A DNA stretch of 64,000 nucleotides, taken from Candidatus Eremiobacteria bacterium (GTDB taxonomy: Bacteria; Vulcanimicrobiota; Vulcanimicrobiia; Vulcanimicrobiales; Vulcanimicrobiaceae). The position numbers and the translations under genes are program-made. The stretch covers positions 384,001 to 448,000 of the forward strand of contig CAVWUU010000001.1 of assembly GCA_963758295.1 (NCBI GenBank), written 5' to 3'. The notes beneath the pieces are model-generated. The model made no database searches. It saw only the letters and a list, made by a program, of their open reading frames with translations, and had not been told where the DNA came from. Positions 61,378-64,000 of the stretch are shown in pieces (the stretch's first letter is position 1; the number at the start of each line of letters is the position of its first letter).

Positions 61378-64000
61378 AACGCGTCGATCGTCGTGCCTTG
61401 AGGCGCAAGAACGTCGCTCGCGCGGCGGGCTTTGCCGTTTTTGCCGGTGCGGCGCTCGTTGCGGTTACCACGCGGCCGGCCTTAGCAACGCCTTCGTGCA
61501 CGGTTGTAAACACCGGCGGCACGTACCAGATCAATTGCACCGGGTCCACGCCTCCGCCACTCCCGCCTGCGTTAAGCGCGCCGCTATCGAGCGGTTCGCA
61601 GATCACGCAGACGGCAAACGGTGATAGCGGCGGCGGCGGACACGACGGTGCGCTGTTCGTTTCTGCGGGCTCCGGGCACTCGGGTGATAACGGCGGTCCG
61701 ATTTCCGGGACCTTCGGGAGCTCGGGAACTTCAATCTATAATCCCGGCGGTTCGGCCGGCATTTTCTTCCAGGCCAACGGCGGCAACGGCGGTAACGGCG
61801 GCAACGGGTATGCCGGAGCCAGCGCAGCCGGCGGCGGCTCGGCCGGGAGCGGCGGTAACATCAACGTTACAACGCAGACCTCGGGCATCTTCACTTTCAA
61901 CAACTATCAGCCCGGAGTTTGGGCGCAGAGCGCGGGCGGCGTGGGCGGTAGCGGCGGCGGTGCCTACGTTAGTTTCGGCGGCGGCGGAAACGGTGCGCCG
62001 GGCGGCAGCGGCGGAAACGTCTCGCTGACGGCGGGCGGCCTCATCTACACGCAGGGTTACGAGTCGTTCGGCATCTTCGCGCAAAGCATCGGCGGCGGCG
62101 GCGGAAACGGCGGCACCGGTTGGGGCGCGCTCGAAGGGGGCGGTAGCGGCGCAAGCGGTCAGAACGGCGGCGACGCGGCAGCGACGCTAAACAACAATGC
62201 GACGGTCTTCACGACCGGAAACAATTCCGTTGGAATCTTCGCGCAAAGCGTCGGCGGCTTCGGCGGCAACGGTGGCGGCGGAATTCTAACGTTCGGCGGC
62301 AACGGCGCCAATGGCGGCAGCGGCGGAAACGTCACGGTCACCACCAATAGCGGCTCAGCCATCTACACCCTCGGCAACGATGCTAACGGTATCGTCGCGG
62401 AGAGCGTCGGCGGCGGCGGCGGTACCGGCGGCAACAGCACGTCGCTCTTCGCGGTCGCGGGAGCGGGCGCATCGGGCGGCTACGCGGCGAACGCATCGGT
62501 CACGAATTACGCGAACGTCTTCACTTACGGAAGCCTTTCCAAAGGCATCTTCGCGCAGTCGGTTGGCGGTTTCGGCGGCGACGGCGGCAGCAGCGCCGGA
62601 CTCGTCTCGCTGGGCGGCAACGCGGGCGTCGGCAGCAACGGCGGCACGGTCAACGTCACCAATTACGGAAACGTCACGACCTACGCGACCGACGGCATTG
62701 GCGACGCGACCTCGCTCGGATCGCAGGCGATCTTGGCTCAGTCGGTCGGCGGCGGCGGCGGCAACGGCGGCGCTTCGGGCGGCTGGGTTTCGCTCGGCGG
62801 CGGCGGCGGTGCCGGCGGCAACGGCGGCAGCGTCACGGTCTATAACTCGGGAAGTCTCACGACCTACGCCACCTTCTCGCAAGGTTTGCTGGCGCAGTCG
62901 GTCGGCGGCGACGGCGGCAACGGCGGCGGCTCGGATGCCGTCGGCTTAGGCGGCGCGCTTTCGATCGGCGGCAACGGCGGCTCGGGCGGCACGGGCGGCG
63001 CGGTCAACGTCAACCTGAACGGCGGCACGATTGCAACGCACGGCGCCTTCTCGGACGGCGTGCAGCTGCAGTCGGTCGGCGGCGGCGGCGGTAACGGCGG
63101 CGCTTCGCTCTCGGCATCGATCTCACCGACGGTCTCGATTTCCGTCGCCGTCGGCGGCTCCGCGTCGGGCGGCGGCGCCGGCGGAAACGTCTATATGTGC
63201 GTCAACGGCCCGTCATGCGGATCGCAAGGGTCCATCGTAACGACCGGCGACTTCTCGGACGGCATCCTCGCGCAAACGGTCGGCGGCGGCGGCGGCAATG
63301 GCGGCATGGCCATCGCGGCGTCGGGCGGCCTCGCGGCGCTGAGCACCGCGGTCGGCGGCTCGGCCTCGAGCGGCGGCACCGGCGGTACCGTGCAGGTTGT
63401 CTCCAACAATAACGTCCAGACCAGCGGCGCCCAGGCCATCGGCATCATCGCCCAGTCGGTCGGCGGCGGCGGCGGCACCGGTGGCAACAGCGTCTCGGGC
63501 AGCCTCGGCATTGCCTCAGCATCCCTCGCCATCGGCGGAACCGGCGGCGCCGGCGGGAACGGCGGAACGGTCACCCTCTCGAGCACCGGCACCGTTCAAA
63601 CTTCAGGAGCCGGCGCAATCGGCGTCATGGCGCAGTCGGTCGGCGGCGGCGGCGGCAACGGCGGTTATGCGGCGGCCGGATCCATCGGCGCAATCGGGTC
63701 GGCGGGCCTCGCGCTCGGCGGCAACGGATTGACCGGCGGAAACGGCAACACGGTTACCCTCTCGAATTCCGGTAACGTCACCACGGGCGGCTACGATGCG
63801 ATCGGGCTCTTCGCTCAGTCGGTCGGCGGCGGCGGCGGCAACGGCGGCTTCGCTGCGGCGGGTTCGTTAGCCGCCGGAGTCACGGCCGACTTCGGGATCG
63901 GGGGCAAAGGCGCCACCGGTGGAACGGCTTCGACGGTTACCCTGAACAACAGTACGGATACGATCACGACCATAGGCGACAGCGCCACGGGCATTCTCGC
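61374..64000 (+). CDS. Large Gly-rich autotransporter-passenger-like surface protein; runs off the right edge
   Basis: Not in ORF track. ATG 61374 overlaps the upstream TGA; signal peptide MKRVDRRALRRKNVARAAGFAVFAGAALVAVTTRPALA; many GIFAQSVGGGGGNGG repeats, still in the same frame at 63780. Confidence 0.85.
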   Translation, partial: MKRVDRRALRRKNVARAAGFAVFAGAALVAVTTRPALATPSCTVVNTGGTYQINCTGSTPPPLPPALSAPLSSGSQITQTANGDSGGGGHDGALFVSAGSGHSGDNGGPISGTFGSSGTSIYNPGGSAGIFFQANGGNGGNGGNGYAGASAAGGGSAGSGGNINVTTQTSGIFTFNNYQPGVWAQSAGGVGGSGGGAYVSFGGGGNGAPGGSGGNVSLTAGGLIYTQGYESFGIFAQSIGGGGGNGGTGWGALEGGGSGASGQNGGDAAATLNNNATVFTTGNNSVGIFAQSVGGFGGNGGGGILTFGGNGANGGSGGNVTVTTNSGSAIYTLGNDANGIVAESVGGGGGTGGNSTSLFAVAGAGASGGYAANASVTNYANVFTYGSLSKGIFAQSVGGFGGDGGSSAGLVSLGGNAGVGSNGGTVNVTNYGNVTTYATDGIGDATSLGSQAILAQSVGGGGGNGGASGGWVSLGGGGGAGGNGGSVTVYNSGSLTTYATFSQGLLAQSVGGDGGNGGGSDAVGLGGALSIGGNGGSGGTGGAVNVNLNGGTIATHGAFSDGVQLQSVGGGGGNGGASLSASISPTVSISVAVGGSASGGGAGGNVYMCVNGPSCGSQGSIVTTGDFSDGILAQTVGGGGGNGGMAIAASGGLAALSTAVGGSASSGGTGGTVQVVSNNNVQTSGAQAIGIIAQSVGGGGGTGGNSVSGSLGIASASLAIGGTGGAGGNGGTVTLSSTGTVQTSGAGAIGVMAQSVGGGGGNGGYAAAGSIGAIGSAGLALGGNGLTGGNGNTVTLSNSGNVTTGGYDAIGLFAQSVGGGGGNGGFAAAGSLAAGVTADFGIGGKGATGGTASTVTLNNSTDTITTIGDSATGIL

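Noticed and set aside
61700..64000. Recurring GGCGGCGGC repeats as a CRISPR array or PE-PGRS gene
   Set aside because: Repeats are degenerate, in frame and encode Gly-rich protein motifs; no fixed repeat-spacer period, cas genes or PE domain

Overview
GC-rich bacterial chromosome segment. Gene style (many 'ACGGGG' lipoproteins, a TonB-dependent receptor alongside Terrabacteria-type genes) suggests Ca. Eremiobacterota/Vulcanimicrobiota; this is inference and was not searched. About 47 CDSs; no rRNA, tRNA, CRISPR or mobile element was seen. Housekeeping and stress genes: pepP (truncated by the window edge), nadA-nadB-nadC, MscS, peroxiredoxin plus redoxin, HU with a histone-H1-like tail, an S1-domain protein, Lhr helicase, CbpA/DnaJ, msrA. 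Highlights: (1) a compact candidate thioamide-RiPP locus with a single-chain TfuA-YcaO fusion, a coupled SAM methyltransferase and a 92-aa Nif11-leader-like peptide whose C-terminus (GNGFTVQQ) resembles the McrA thioglycine site; (2) a candidate peptide-utilisation locus (asparaginase II, SBP5-cyanophycinase fusion, LAL regulator, TonB receptor, S9 peptidase), with a 19-bp box 22 nt upstream of a -10 hexamer at both of its promoters and at a third promoter beside the other LAL gene; (3) an orphan CBASS Cap15-type effector heading an Lhr helicase operon; (4) a BlaI/M56-TonB/serine hydrolase unit with visible operators; (5) features missing from the ORF track: a 33-aa leader ORF and a Gly-rich autotransporter-like gene running off the right edge. 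Two genes carry single-base frameshifts, so the apparent fusions need read-level confirmation.
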